Assembly: GCA_031387725.1 (NCBI GenBank)
Contig: JANNDM010000013.1
Span: forward strand, 7,134 to 71,133
Direction of reading: 5' to 3'
From: Verrucomicrobiota bacterium
Lineage (GTDB): Bacteria; Verrucomicrobiota; Verrucomicrobiia; Opitutales; Opitutaceae
DNA: 64,000 bases
A program made the translations under genes and the position numbers. Below, one piece after another: positions 53,795-61,808 of the stretch. The first letter of the stretch is position 1, and the number at the start of each line of letters is the position of its first letter. The notes beneath the pieces were generated by a model. The model made no database searches, was not told the origin of the DNA, and was given only the letters and a program-made list of their open reading frames with translations.

Positions 53795-54517
53795 CTAGCG
53801 GTGAGGCTTGGCGGTCGGCGGCCCCGGGGGGTGGTCTGGGATTTGAAAGGCCGGCTCATGCTGCCAGGCGTCCGCGCCCGCCGCGACGGGCCGGGCGGGC
53901 AGATCCGCTCTTTGCGCCCTGACGACGGCGGGATCAATTTTCAGTTCCCGATTGCGCCCGGCCACCATTGCGGGGTCCAGCTGCCCGTCGGCCGTGAAGC
54001 CCATCATCAGCTGCGGCAGGCCGAGCGGGATTTCGTCGCCGCGGTCCACCTGCCACAACGTCCAGGTTTTCCCGTAGGTGGTGACGAACATTTTCATCAG
54101 GTTCATTTCCTCCGCGGAGGAAAGGCCGGTTGCCGTCAGGAGGCCGGACATAACTTCGTAGCGGTGGCTGTGCCACAACTGTTTTTCCGCCCCGGGCAAT
54201 TGGTTGAACCGCTCCTCGCTGATGATGTATTCGACCCCGATCAGGCGGGCGTCGGGCCGGTCCGAATCGTAGACGACACATTGCATGACACCGGTGGCGG
54301 CGTGGGAGCAGTAATGCTCGACTCGCACCGCCCGCTTCATGTCGCCACTATAGAAATGGAACCCTCCCAGGTGCGCGTGAATGGAACCGAGGGGTCCGGT
54401 CGCGGCCAGCGGGGTGGTCCCGGGATCGGGGGTGACATGACCGCCGGGCGGGGTTTGCGCGCCCAGTGAGAGGGAGAGCAATCCTGCGCCGAGCAGGCTT
54501 TTCAGAAACGTGGTCAT
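53795..54517 (-). CDS. OBAP/DUF1264 family protein, secreted
   Basis: Signal peptide; HYCSH, QCVVYDSD, RLIGVEYIISE, WHSHRYEV, TYGKTW. Confidence 0.82.
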   Translation of the reverse strand: MTTFLKSLLGAGLLSLSLGAQTPPGGHVTPDPGTTPLAATGPLGSIHAHLGGFHFYSGDMKRAVRVEHYCSHAATGVMQCVVYDSDRPDARLIGVEYIISEERFNQLPGAEKQLWHSHRYEVMSGLLTATGLSSAEEMNLMKMFVTTYGKTWTLWQVDRGDEIPLGLPQLMMGFTADGQLDPAMVAGRNRELKIDPAVVRAQRADLPARPVAAGADAWQHEPAFQIPDHPPGPPTAKPHR

Positions 54518-54623
54518 GAGGAGATTGTTATCGGGAGGTGAGGTGATCAGAGCGATGACCCGACCGCCAACCTCATGACCGCGGGCGGCGACCAGGGTTC
54601 AGCCCAATGAGTGAATGCCTGCA

Positions 54624-54667
54624 CCCTTGAACACCCCATAGCCGGACAACGGCACACCCTGCAATCT
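54624..54667 (+). promoter_or_regulatory. RCCCCAT-N22-(-10) promoter of the diheme cytochrome
   Basis: ACCCCAT (CCCCAT 54634-54639), 22 nt, CAATCT (54662-54667), ATG 6 nt later. Upstream CAGGGTTCAGCCCAAT at 54593-54608. Confidence 0.5.
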
Positions 54668-54673
54668 TGGGGC

Positions 54674-56080
54674 ATGTCTCGCTTCATTGCCCCGCCCGTG
54701 GTTTGCCTCTTGGCTTTGTTGCTCCCGGCCGAGCCTGGCCTGCACGCTCAGCCGGCAGCCGACCCGGCGCTGCCGGCCGCTAGTTACATGACCGTCAACA
54801 GCGCCGAGCCGCTCGCTGTCGTCCGGCAACGCATGGAGCAGGCGAAGCCGGCGATCATGCAGGCGCACCGGGAATTTCTGGCGGAGCGCTATGACCTGGC
54901 CGACCGGCCGGTGGCCGGCGTGACGATGTCCCGCGGCAAGGCCGTGCAGCAGGGCGTTCGCGCCCGGCTCAAGCCGGGCATCAGCTGGGAGATGCTGGCG
55001 GCCTTGTCTTCCGACGAGATCCGGACGCGGGATCTTTGGCCGGCCGGGTTCCAGCCCCTGCCACACCCCAATCACGCGGAAGGCGGCATGGTGTTTCCAC
55101 AGTTTGTCCTCGATGAACTCAAACGACAGGAGCAGCGCGACCTGACGCGGTTCGATCTCGATTATGACCTGCCGGATCATTTTTTGCCGGAGTTTCCCGG
55201 GGCCATCTTCCTGACCACGCGCCCCGACCTCGGCGACGTGTCGCAGGGCCGGGTCGTGACCCTCGACAATTACTTCGGGCTCTTCAACGGCGTCCTGAAT
55301 CCCAAGCAGCTCGAGGGCCTGCGGCTGCTGCTCACGCCCTTTCCGCAGCAGCAGTTCAACAGCACGGACGACCGTCGCTCCGCCCGCGCCAGCCGCGGCG
55401 TCGCCTGCCTCGACTGCCACACCAACGGCCACACCAACGCCGGGACCCACCTTGCGGGCGACGCCCGGCCGCAGGCGTTCCGGCATCGAATCGACACACC
55501 CAGTCTGCGCGGGGTGAACATCCAGCAGCTCTTCGGCTCGCAGCGCGCGCTGAAGAGCGTGGAGGACTTCACGGAGTTTGAGCAGCGCGGCGCCTATTTC
55601 GACGGCGACACCGTGATCGCCGTGAAGAAGGGCGCCAACGTCCTCGACCGCGGCAGCCAGGTGCACGCGATGGCCGAGATGCAGGCGTTGTTCGATTTCC
55701 CCCCGGCGCCGAAGCTGAATGTATTCGGCAAACTGGATCCCGCCCGGGCCACGCCGCCCGAACTGCGCGGGCAGGAATTGTTTTTCGGCAAGGCCCGGTG
55801 CGTCTCCTGCCATGTGCCGCCTTACTACACGGACAATTCCATGCACGACCTGCAAACCGGCCGCTTTTTCGCCCCAAGGATGATCCGCGGCGCCAGGTTG
55901 ACGGCCGACGGCCCGATCAAGACCTTCCCTTTGCGCGGCCTCAAGGAGTCGCCGCCCTATCTCCACGACGGGCGGCTGCTCACGCTCGCCGACACCATTG
56001 AATTCTTCAACCTGATCCTGGGGACGCGGCTCACGATGGAAGAGAAAGCGGAGCTGGAGGCGTTTCTCCGCGTGCTCTGA
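54674..56080 (+). CDS. Diheme cytochrome c, bCcP/MauG superfamily
   Basis: Signal peptide; CLDCH and CVSCH; DTPSLRG; KTFPLRGL..PPYLHDG. Confidence 0.82.
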   Translation: MSRFIAPPVVCLLALLLPAEPGLHAQPAADPALPAASYMTVNSAEPLAVVRQRMEQAKPAIMQAHREFLAERYDLADRPVAGVTMSRGKAVQQGVRARLKPGISWEMLAALSSDEIRTRDLWPAGFQPLPHPNHAEGGMVFPQFVLDELKRQEQRDLTRFDLDYDLPDHFLPEFPGAIFLTTRPDLGDVSQGRVVTLDNYFGLFNGVLNPKQLEGLRLLLTPFPQQQFNSTDDRRSARASRGVACLDCHTNGHTNAGTHLAGDARPQAFRHRIDTPSLRGVNIQQLFGSQRALKSVEDFTEFEQRGAYFDGDTVIAVKKGANVLDRGSQVHAMAEMQALFDFPPAPKLNVFGKLDPARATPPELRGQELFFGKARCVSCHVPPYYTDNSMHDLQTGRFFAPRMIRGARLTADGPIKTFPLRGLKESPPYLHDGRLLTLADTIEFFNLILGTRLTMEEKAELEAFLRVL

Positions 56081-56137
56081 GCGGAGCCGTCTGGCTTCAG
56101 TGCGGCCTGGGGTGGGGCCAGGTTTCCGCGTCGTCCT

Positions 56138-56181
56138 ACCCACAACACCCCATTGAGGCCGCCGCCCGGGTCCTCTATCAT
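56138..56181 (+). promoter_or_regulatory. RCCCCAT-N22-(-10) promoter of lipoprotein/outer-membrane pair
   Basis: ACCCACAACACCCCAT (56138-56153), 22 nt, TATCAT (56176-56181). Confidence 0.6.
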
Positions 56182-56240
56182 CCTGAAGTGACAGCTCGGA
56201 ATCATCCGGACCGTCATCCAGGAAAACACAAGAATCCATC

Positions 56241-56549
56241 ATGAACCTTCAGAAAAAACTTGGCGCAGGGCTGCTCGCGTTGGTGATCGGACTGGCGCTG
56301 ACCGCCGCCGGCTGCGGCGAGGGCGAAAAGGAAATCACCCTCAAATTCGCCGACTGTCCTGCGGCCGTGCAGAAGACGATTCTGGACTTCGCGGGCGGCG
56401 TCCAATTCCCCGAAGTCGACCGGGAGACCAAGAAGAGCGGCCGCGTTGTCTACGAAGCCAAGGGCAAGAAGGCCGACGGCAAGAAGATCGAAATCAAGGT
56501 CGCGGCTGACGGGAGCTTGGTCGGACTCGAAAACGAGTTTGAAAATTGA
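56241..56549 (+). CDS. Small lipoprotein, PepSY/BLIP-like fold
   Basis: Lipobox TAAGC; CPAAVQKTI..VVYEA..IEIKVAADG pattern. Confidence 0.65.
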   Translation: MNLQKKLGAGLLALVIGLALTAAGCGEGEKEITLKFADCPAAVQKTILDFAGGVQFPEVDRETKKSGRVVYEAKGKKADGKKIEIKVAADGSLVGLENEFEN

Positions 56550-57568
56550 GCATGGACCGCACCACGAACGGATCGGTTGGCTGGAAACGGTTGGCGAGGG
56601 TGGCCGGACGATGGCACCGGGCCGGGGCAAACCTGGCTGTGATGGGCTTCGCCTTGCTGGCGGCCGGCAGCGGCCTGGCCGCCGCGATTGGCAACCGGGT
56701 TCCGCCCAACACCGGTGCGGCGGTCAAGCCCGCCGCCGCTCCCTCTGTCCTTGGGGATGACGAGTTGATCATCGAGGAGGTCTTTACCAGCCATCTGCCA
56801 GCCACCTTGCAGAAGTATCGCTTCCGGCTTTCGGTCAATCCGCACCTGGGTGACTGGCAGAGGAAGGAACATATGCGCCTGACCACCAGCCTGCGCTACG
56901 GTCTCACGGAGAATTTCGAGCTCAGCGCCAGCAGCCACCTGTTTTTCAGCCACGGGCATGGCGCCATCCGGGCTTTCGATGACTATGGGGCGGCGAATCT
57001 AAAACTCGGCGTAAAAGTTAATCTCGGGCAGCCCCTGTTCGCCGGCTGGGAAACCGGCGTCGGCGTCAACTACGAATTCCCGGTCGGCCGGCCGCCGCCG
57101 GAATTGACCGACGGGCTGCGCCACCTCCGCCCCTACGTCACCTTCTCCCACCGGCTGGAGTCGCGCCCGGCGGTGCGGATTTTCGTGGGCTTCCGGCTTG
57201 ATAGCGTGACAAAAACCACCTTGCCGGGAGAGTTTGGGAAAAATGCGTTCCGGCAGAGCTCCACGGGGATCACCGGGGGCTGGGTGATTGATCGCGGCAA
57301 TCTGCACTACACCTTCGAGGCTTCGTTCGACAGCACCCGGTTGCTCAGCCGAACCGAGGAGGACGTCTACTCCATCCGGCCCGGTGTGCTCTGGGAAATA
57401 CCCACGCGCCGCAACCGCGAGATCCTGAGCCACTGGGTGGTCGGCTTTGCCTTGAACAACACTTTTGGCCCGGGTGGCAACAGTCTCGGCGCTTCATTCA
57501 AACTTCGCTACAGCCGCGACCTGAAACTCCGTTTGCACCGCCACCGGCCAAACGCCGCGCGGGATTAG
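56546..57568 (+). CDS. Hypothetical, probable outer-membrane beta-barrel protein
   Basis: ATGA overlap with the previous gene; hydrophobic leader; alternating beta-strand pattern (LRYGLTENFELS, GVGVNYEFP, YTFEASF). Confidence 0.55.
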   Translation: MSMDRTTNGSVGWKRLARVAGRWHRAGANLAVMGFALLAAGSGLAAAIGNRVPPNTGAAVKPAAAPSVLGDDELIIEEVFTSHLPATLQKYRFRLSVNPHLGDWQRKEHMRLTTSLRYGLTENFELSASSHLFFSHGHGAIRAFDDYGAANLKLGVKVNLGQPLFAGWETGVGVNYEFPVGRPPPELTDGLRHLRPYVTFSHRLESRPAVRIFVGFRLDSVTKTTLPGEFGKNAFRQSSTGITGGWVIDRGNLHYTFEASFDSTRLLSRTEEDVYSIRPGVLWEIPTRRNREILSHWVVGFALNNTFGPGGNSLGASFKLRYSRDLKLRLHRHRPNAARD

Positions 57569-57608
57569 TCCGGGACCGCCCGCGCGGGGAGCCGCGGGCC
57601 TTCCGACT

Positions 57609-58583
57609 TCAGGCGGCGTGAACGAGGACGGTGGGACGCAGGGATTTGCGGTTCACACCCTGCAGCCGGGCGCGATAGCGGACCGGTGCTTCACCCACGA
57701 CCCGGCGGAACACGCGGTTGAATTGGGACAGCGACTGGAAACCCGCCGCGTAGGCCGCTTCGCTGATGCGGATCTGGGGATTGAGCAGCTTCTGCTTCAC
57801 CACTTCGACGCGTTCGCGCGCGACATATCGGGTGAAGGTGAGGCCGGTCGCTTCCCGGAAAATCCGGCAGAAATAACAAGCGCTCATGTTCACCGTGCGC
57901 GCCACGTCACTCAGCAGCAGTTTTTCGCTGGAATGCTCGGCGATGAACGTGCGCACTTTGACGACCGCCGCCGGTTCGGTGGTGGCGGCGCTCAGCAGCA
58001 GCTGGTTGCTGACCGCCGAGAGATGCCGGGCAAAAATGGCGAGGAGCCGGATGATCGAGTCATACTGTTTTCTGGCGAGCACCGGAGTCCGGAAATACGC
58101 GGCCGCCAGCTCGCTCGGACCGGCCTGGGCCGCCGGAACTGCGCGGGTCGCTTCCTTGAGGAGCTTCCGGGAGGGCGCGCGGAGGAACACCTGCCCCGTC
58201 TGGAGGTAGCCGAGGACCGTATCGCCGAGTCGCACCGGCACGGCGGATTCGCTCAAGCCGGCATAGCACTCCATGGTTTTTGGCCCAAGCATCGCCGCTT
58301 GCTCCAGGCGTTGCTGCAAACGCAGGCAGGCGGCACAGGTCTGGTTGCCGAGAATCATCAGGGTGCAAAAAGAATTCGCCCGGCGGGAGCCTTGCAGCGG
58401 CGTCCGGAAAGATCCCGCTTCCCGCAGCACCAAGGGCAAGCCCGTGGTGCCTTCAAACGCCTCCTGAAACTCGCGGAAGAGTTCGGATTGCCGCAGTCGC
58501 GCCACCATCGTGGCGGCCGGCCTCCCCCCGGCCGAGGCCGGGGGGACGGAAGCGATCGCAAAGGGGAGGTCCGGGTAGATCAT
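57609..58583 (-). CDS. AraC-family regulator with N-terminal PocR sensor domain
   Basis: FEGTTGLPL, FCTLM..C, ECYAGLSESAVPV..LGYLQTGQV; AraC HTHs (VNMSACYFCRIF, AAYAAGFQSLSQFNRVF). Confidence 0.88.
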   Translation of the reverse strand: MIYPDLPFAIASVPPASAGGRPAATMVARLRQSELFREFQEAFEGTTGLPLVLREAGSFRTPLQGSRRANSFCTLMILGNQTCAACLRLQQRLEQAAMLGPKTMECYAGLSESAVPVRLGDTVLGYLQTGQVFLRAPSRKLLKEATRAVPAAQAGPSELAAAYFRTPVLARKQYDSIIRLLAIFARHLSAVSNQLLLSAATTEPAAVVKVRTFIAEHSSEKLLLSDVARTVNMSACYFCRIFREATGLTFTRYVARERVEVVKQKLLNPQIRISEAAYAAGFQSLSQFNRVFRRVVGEAPVRYRARLQGVNRKSLRPTVLVHAA

Positions 58584-58662
58584 GCGGGATACTGCTTCAG
58601 GAGATGCACGAGAGGCCGTTCGCGGCGGCGTTCGGTCGAATGCGCCACGGGATGTGGCATAC

Positions 58663-59703
58663 CTACTCGTTTGTCAGGATTACTTTCAATGCGCGTTCCC
58701 GGCCGGCGTGGCCGAAGGTGTCGTAGGCTTTCATGATTTCCCCGAGTTGGAAGTGATGCGTGACGAGTTGCTTCGGCTTGAGCTTGCCCGCCATGACGGT
58801 CTTGAGCAGCAGCGGCGTTGTCACCGCATCGACCAGACGCGTCGTGAGAGTGATGTTGTGCGACCAAAGTTTTTCGAGTCGCAACGACACGCTCGCTCCG
58901 TGCACGCCGATGTTGGCGATATGGCCGCCGGCCGCCACGATCTGCTGACAGATCTCAAACGTGGCGGCCATGCCGACCGCCTCGATGGCGACATCGACTC
59001 CCTGGCCGGCCGTCAGGGCCAGGACTTTGTCGACGGCATTGCCGTCGGTGCTGTTGATCACCTCGGTCGCGCCGAACTGCTGGGCGACCTCGAGCCGGTT
59101 GTCATCGAGATCGATGGCGATCAGGCGGGCGGGCGCATAGAATTGGGCCGTCAGCAGCGCGGAGAGGCCCACGGGGCCGGCCCCGACGATGGCCACGGTG
59201 TCTCCGGGTTGGACCGCGCCCTTGAGCACGCCGCATTCAAAGCCGGTCGGCAGAATATCGCTGAGCATGACCATCGCATCCTCATCCGCGCCGTCGGGAA
59301 TCGCATGGAGACTCGTGTCGGCAAAGGGAATCCGGACGAACCCGGCCTGGGTGCCGTCAATCGTGTTGCCGAGGATCCAGCCGCCCTGCTCGCAGTGCGA
59401 CGGCATGCCGCGCCGGCAGTTCCCGCACTTGCCGCAGGCGGTGATGCACGAGATCAGGACGCGTTCGCCCTGGCGAAAACGTGTCACACCGGCGCCGGCC
59501 TCGTCGATGATACCGATGCCTTCGTGGCCCAGGATGCGGCCGACCGCGACGGTGGGCACGTCGCCTTTCAAAATGTGCAGATCGGTGCCACAGATCGTGG
59601 TCTTGGTGACGCGCACGATGGCGTCGGTCGCGTCGCGCAACGCGGGCTTCGGCGCTTCCGCAAAGTCTTTCTTGCCGGGGCCGAGATAGATGAGGGCTTT
59701 CAT
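58663..59703 (-). CDS. Zinc-dependent alcohol dehydrogenase (MDR family)
   Basis: ICGTDLHI, GHEG, CGKCGNC..C, LSDILPTG, GAGPVG. Confidence 0.92.
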   Translation of the reverse strand: MKALIYLGPGKKDFAEAPKPALRDATDAIVRVTKTTICGTDLHILKGDVPTVAVGRILGHEGIGIIDEAGAGVTRFRQGERVLISCITACGKCGNCRRGMPSHCEQGGWILGNTIDGTQAGFVRIPFADTSLHAIPDGADEDAMVMLSDILPTGFECGVLKGAVQPGDTVAIVGAGPVGLSALLTAQFYAPARLIAIDLDDNRLEVAQQFGATEVINSTDGNAVDKVLALTAGQGVDVAIEAVGMAATFEICQQIVAAGGHIANIGVHGASVSLRLEKLWSHNITLTTRLVDAVTTPLLLKTVMAGKLKPKQLVTHHFQLGEIMKAYDTFGHAGRERALKVILTNE

Positions 59704-59837
59704 GAGGGGAGGATGGGCAGACAGTCGGGGCGGTAAAGTAGACCGGAGCCTGGCTCGGGGTGCCCGGCGGCGCGAAGTGGGTTCCGGTGGACGGCCAAGA
59801 TATTCATCGTTCCGGTTGGCCGGTTCAGGCCAACGGT

Positions 59838-60011
59838 TTAGTCGGGCGACAGCTCTCTTTTGGCCTGTTCCCAGTGCGCCTTCGACACATCCAGGGCGGA
59901 ACCACCACCGGCGACAGCCAGTTCCACGGCGCGCTCGCGCAGCAGCTTCCGCGTGACCGGATCGTGGTAATGCTCCGGGATGGCGCCTTGGGTGGGAGGG
60001 AAGTCGTCCAT
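59838..60011 (-). CDS. DUF2934-like small protein
   Basis: LRERAVELA..HWEQAKREL resembles the DUF2934 pattern. Confidence 0.5.
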   Translation of the reverse strand: MDDFPPTQGAIPEHYHDPVTRKLLRERAVELAVAGGGSALDVSKAHWEQAKRELSPD

Positions 60012-60062
60012 TGGATTACCGGGCAAGACGAGGAGGGCGCGGCCGAGTCCAGTCCGGGCGTT

Positions 60063-60758
60063 CTACGCGGCCGGTTTGGCCACGGCGTGCTCCGCCGTGT
60101 GTTGAATGGTCGCTTTGGAAAGATTTACATAAACCGTCGAGTCGGGATAGCTGATGCGCTCCACGTCGCCCGACGAGATCAGGATTTCCTTGCCGGAATA
60201 CCAATGCCCGGACTCGACCGTCAGTTGACTGATGGCCCAGTTGGTGTCGTCCACCATGAATCCCGTCACCGTGCCGAGATCCCCGTCGACGGCGTGGATG
60301 GCGTAGCCGGTCACGGCGCGCGTGCTTTGGAGATGCTTGTCATCGCGATGGTGAAACATGTGCTGCGTCGCCGAGTCAGCCTTGGCCGGTGGCATGACTC
60401 GCGGATAGCCGCTCAGGCCCCACATCCCTTTCCCCTCCCAGTAGGCGGGCCAGCCGTAGTAGCGGTAGTATTCGACCTCATATTGACGCGAAACGGGCTT
60501 GTGGGATTCGATCGAGGGACTGTGCTCCACCTGCTTTTTGTCCAGTTTGACGCGCAAGGACTTTTCCTGCCGGTCCCAGGCGCCAAAGGCGTGGGGGGTG
60601 AGCAAGATCAGGCGTCCGGCCAGCCAGCTGGCGGTATCGGCGACCAGATAACGGATCACCCAGGTTTTATCATCAAAGTAAAAGTCCTTGATCTGGCCGA
60701 TCTCGCCATCGGTGGCCGCCAGTTTGTGGCCGTAGAGCTCTGAGGTATTGTGGAGCAT
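60063..60758 (-). CDS. Tandem PRC-barrel protein
   Basis: Start MLHNTSEL; ATDGEIGQIKDFYFDDKTWVIRYLVADT; second barrel AVDGDLGTVTGFMVDD. Confidence 0.85.
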   Translation of the reverse strand: MLHNTSELYGHKLAATDGEIGQIKDFYFDDKTWVIRYLVADTASWLAGRLILLTPHAFGAWDRQEKSLRVKLDKKQVEHSPSIESHKPVSRQYEVEYYRYYGWPAYWEGKGMWGLSGYPRVMPPAKADSATQHMFHHRDDKHLQSTRAVTGYAIHAVDGDLGTVTGFMVDDTNWAISQLTVESGHWYSGKEILISSGDVERISYPDSTVYVNLSKATIQHTAEHAVAKPAA

Positions 60759-60792
60759 GAAGGGAAGGTGGCTGCGGGGTGTATTGCGGCGC

Positions 60793-60993
60793 TTAGGCCT
60801 TGACCGAAACCGCAGTAAACTGCGATCGATGTCCGGTGGGATTCGTGCGCAGGAACGCCGCGGCTTCGAACCAGTGGGCAAGATCGTTGCCCGACTGGCA
60901 GTTGCCCTGTTCGTAGAGATGATAGGCGTAACTGCGGATATCATCCTCGCTGATCGTCGGCGGAGCGGGCAAACGGGGAGAATGGCTTTTCAT
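60793..60993 (-). CDS. DUF2934 protein
   Basis: IRSYAYHLYEQ..G.DLAHWFEA. Confidence 0.75.
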   Translation of the reverse strand: MKSHSPRLPAPPTISEDDIRSYAYHLYEQGNCQSGNDLAHWFEAAAFLRTNPTGHRSQFTAVSVKA

Positions 60994-61046
60994 GGGTGAT
61001 CCGGGCAGGTGGAAACAGGCCCCGCCTCCCGTGGGGGTGCGGCGGG

Positions 61047-61379
61047 TTACCTGACGATCAGGTTGTTCTTCACTTCCTTGACACCCTTGACCGCCGAAGC
61101 GGCTTTCCCGGCGGCCGACTTCTGCGCCGCCGTGTCCACAAAGCCGCTGAGCTGAACCACGCCCAAGACCGTCTCGACACTGACGGCGAATGACTTCACG
61201 TCATCATTGCCCAGCAGGGCGCTCTTCACCTTGGTCGTGACGACCGCATCGTCCACGTATTCACCGGTGCTGGTGCTCGTGGAGGTGGAAGCGCAGCCGC
61301 CCGTGAGGACGCCAAGCGAGAGAACGCCGGCCACTGCGAGCAGTGAGGCCAGTCGGGAGATTTGGAGGAATGTTTTCAT
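61047..61379 (-). CDS. BON-domain lipoprotein
   Basis: Lipobox LTGGC; TGEYVDDAVVTTKVK, VQLSGFVD, VKEVKNNL. Confidence 0.88.
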   Translation of the reverse strand: MKTFLQISRLASLLAVAGVLSLGVLTGGCASTSTSTSTGEYVDDAVVTTKVKSALLGNDDVKSFAVSVETVLGVVQLSGFVDTAAQKSAAGKAASAVKGVKEVKNNLIVR

Positions 61380-61452
61380 GGTAGGGGGTTGAATTTAATT
61401 TCTGCGTGCTTGCTTGATTTGTTTTTGAGGCTGACGGGTTTCGTCTCAGCGG

Positions 61453-61496
61453 AATGTAAGCGAAAGGGCGCACAGGCAATATGGGGTGTAACCCGC
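61453..61496 (-). promoter_or_regulatory. RCCCCAT-N22-(-10) promoter of BON-DUF2934-PRC operon
   Basis: GCGGGTTACACCCCAT (61481-61496), 22 nt, TACATT (61453-61458). Confidence 0.65.
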
Positions 61497-61565
61497 CGGG
61501 CTTAGTCCGGCATGTCGCTCGCGCGGCGGCCTGTGGCTTCGAGGGTCCGAAAGAGGGGCTGCAGC

Positions 61566-61639
61566 GCGGGAGCCCACCCATCAGAGTTTCGAGTGTGGGT
61601 GAATGCCCCATGGGAACGGTTGCCGCAGCATGCTACCTT
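61566..61639 (+). promoter_or_regulatory. RCCCCAT-N22-(-10) promoter of DUF3309 gene with tandem upstream site
   Basis: GCGGGAGCCCACCCAT (61566-61581); TGGGTGAATGCCCCAT (61596-61611), 22 nt, TACCTT (61634-61639), ATG 6 nt later. Confidence 0.62.
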
Positions 61640-61645
61640 GCGGCC

Positions 61646-61801
61646 ATGAATCCACTCCTTCTCATCATTGTCCTGTTGCTATTGTTTGGTGGCGGCGGGT
61701 TCTACGTAGGCGGTCCTGCGTATGGCGGCGGCGGGCTGGGCCTGATCGTCCTGATCTGTCTCGTCGTCTATCTGATGGGCGGCATGCGCCCGAAAAAATG
61801 A
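61646..61801 (+). CDS. DUF3309-like small membrane protein
   Basis: MNPLLLIIVLLLLFGGGGFY..GGGGLGLIVLICLVVYLMG. Confidence 0.75.
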   Translation: MNPLLLIIVLLLLFGGGGFYVGGPAYGGGGLGLIVLICLVVYLMGGMRPKK

Positions 61802-61808
61802 CCGCCGG

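Noticed and set aside
54624-54640. CCCTTGAA and CCCCAT resemble sigma-32 -35 and -10 elements
   Set aside because: They are only 2 nt apart here (sigma-32 needs about 13-15), the other five sites lack CTTGAA, and a -10-like hexamer lies at a fixed 22 nt downstream. An unknown alternative sigma is not fully excluded.
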